Assembly (NCBI GenBank): GCA_020160975.1
Contig: JAIUPJ010000001.1
Coordinates: forward strand, 900,001 to 932,000
Origin: Candidatus Saccharimonadota bacterium
Lineage (GTDB): Bacteria; Patescibacteriota; Saccharimonadia; Saccharimonadales; Saccharimonadaceae
DNA: 32,000 nucleotides
Direction: 5' to 3'
Of the stretch, positions 31,801-32,000 are shown piece after piece (position 1 is the stretch's first letter; each line of letters starts with the position of its first letter). A model generated the notes under the pieces. It saw only the letters and a program-made list of their open reading frames with translations. It did not search any database and had not been told where the DNA came from. Position numbers and translations under genes: made by a program.

Positions 31801-32000
31801 ATGTGGGAGAGGGAACTTATGGGACTCTATATTTCTGCGCATCCGCTTGACAACTTTGAAGCCTTTTTCGAAGAACAAACCATCCCATTGCATAGCGTGG
31901 GCAAAAACATTGATGGTCAAAAAATCACAATTGGTGGCATCGTGACCACAATTCGTACTATCGTCACAAAAAGCGGTAGTAAAATGGCGTTTGTCGGCAT
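28855..32000 (+). CDS. dnaE: DNA polymerase III alpha subunit (3' end beyond window)
   Basis: Not in the ORF track because no stop occurs before the window edge. My own translation from ATG 28855 gives [34 protein letters not shown] (PHP domain), later [46 protein letters not shown] and [24 protein letters not shown], then an OB-fold near the end ([25 protein letters not shown]). Frame 1 is open throughout the parts I read. Confidence 0.95.
   Translation, partial: [1048 protein letters not shown]

Noticed and set aside
30823-31920. A 365-aa minus-strand ORF, together with 29884-30588 (234 aa), 29167-29472 and 28942-29166
   Set aside because: All lie antisense to the clearly coding dnaE frame. 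Their translations are low-information (His/Arg/Phe/Leu-rich) with no motifs. They are typical shadow ORFs.
1-32000. Searches for tRNA, rRNA, tmRNA or SRP-like RNA, CRISPR arrays, transposases, integrases, phage genes and known defence systems
   Set aside because: There is no T-loop (GGTTCGAATCC-like) or CCA-end context in any intergenic gap, and no spaced direct-repeat array. No ORF has recombinase, transposase, restriction, Cas or toxin-antitoxin signatures. Every gap larger than 100 nt was read by eye, and most are explained by promoters or terminators.

Overview
The window is gene-dense (about 90% coding) and almost entirely housekeeping. I call 33 CDS and found no rRNA, tRNA, CRISPR array, transposase, integrase or recognisable defence system. 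Split transketolase, gatCAB, an isolated type IV pilin, many tiny membrane proteins, very short or overlapping intergenic junctions and roughly 50% GC by eye fit a reduced-genome CPR/Patescibacteria (Saccharibacteria-like) chromosome. That placement is inference and cannot be verified here.

The core is a 10-kb co-directional sugar-phosphate block: gap, pilin, rpiB, rpe-like, tkt-N, a membrane protein, tkt-C, fba, two PfkB kinases and a LOG-like gene. It is flanked by ndh, FKBP and trxB; GDPD and a PLD-family gene; ppa; a short Rel; uvrB; a GH13 enzyme; gatC-gatA-X-gatB-galU; a DUF948/YtxH stress trio; and dnaE. dnaE runs off the 3' edge and is therefore missing from the supplied ORF track.

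I cannot honestly point to a demonstrable new multi-gene system. The items most worth a second look are:
1. A compositionally foreign, oppositely oriented mini-cassette at 14622-15075: perfect consensus promoter, structured leader and a GC3-rich 81-aa 3-TM protein, between the transketolase and aldolase operons.
2. A membrane-anchored protein with an R-x4-H (HEPN-type) motif, translationally embedded between gatA and gatB.
3. A translationally coupled fba-pfkB-pfkB(+unknown N-domain)-LOG-like operon next to the pentose-phosphate genes.
4. A recurrent TGnTATA(C/A)T -10 element lying exactly 6-9 nt from many start codons, which implies widespread leaderless mRNAs.

All functional calls come from reading the translated ORFs and recognising motifs. 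No database search was run.
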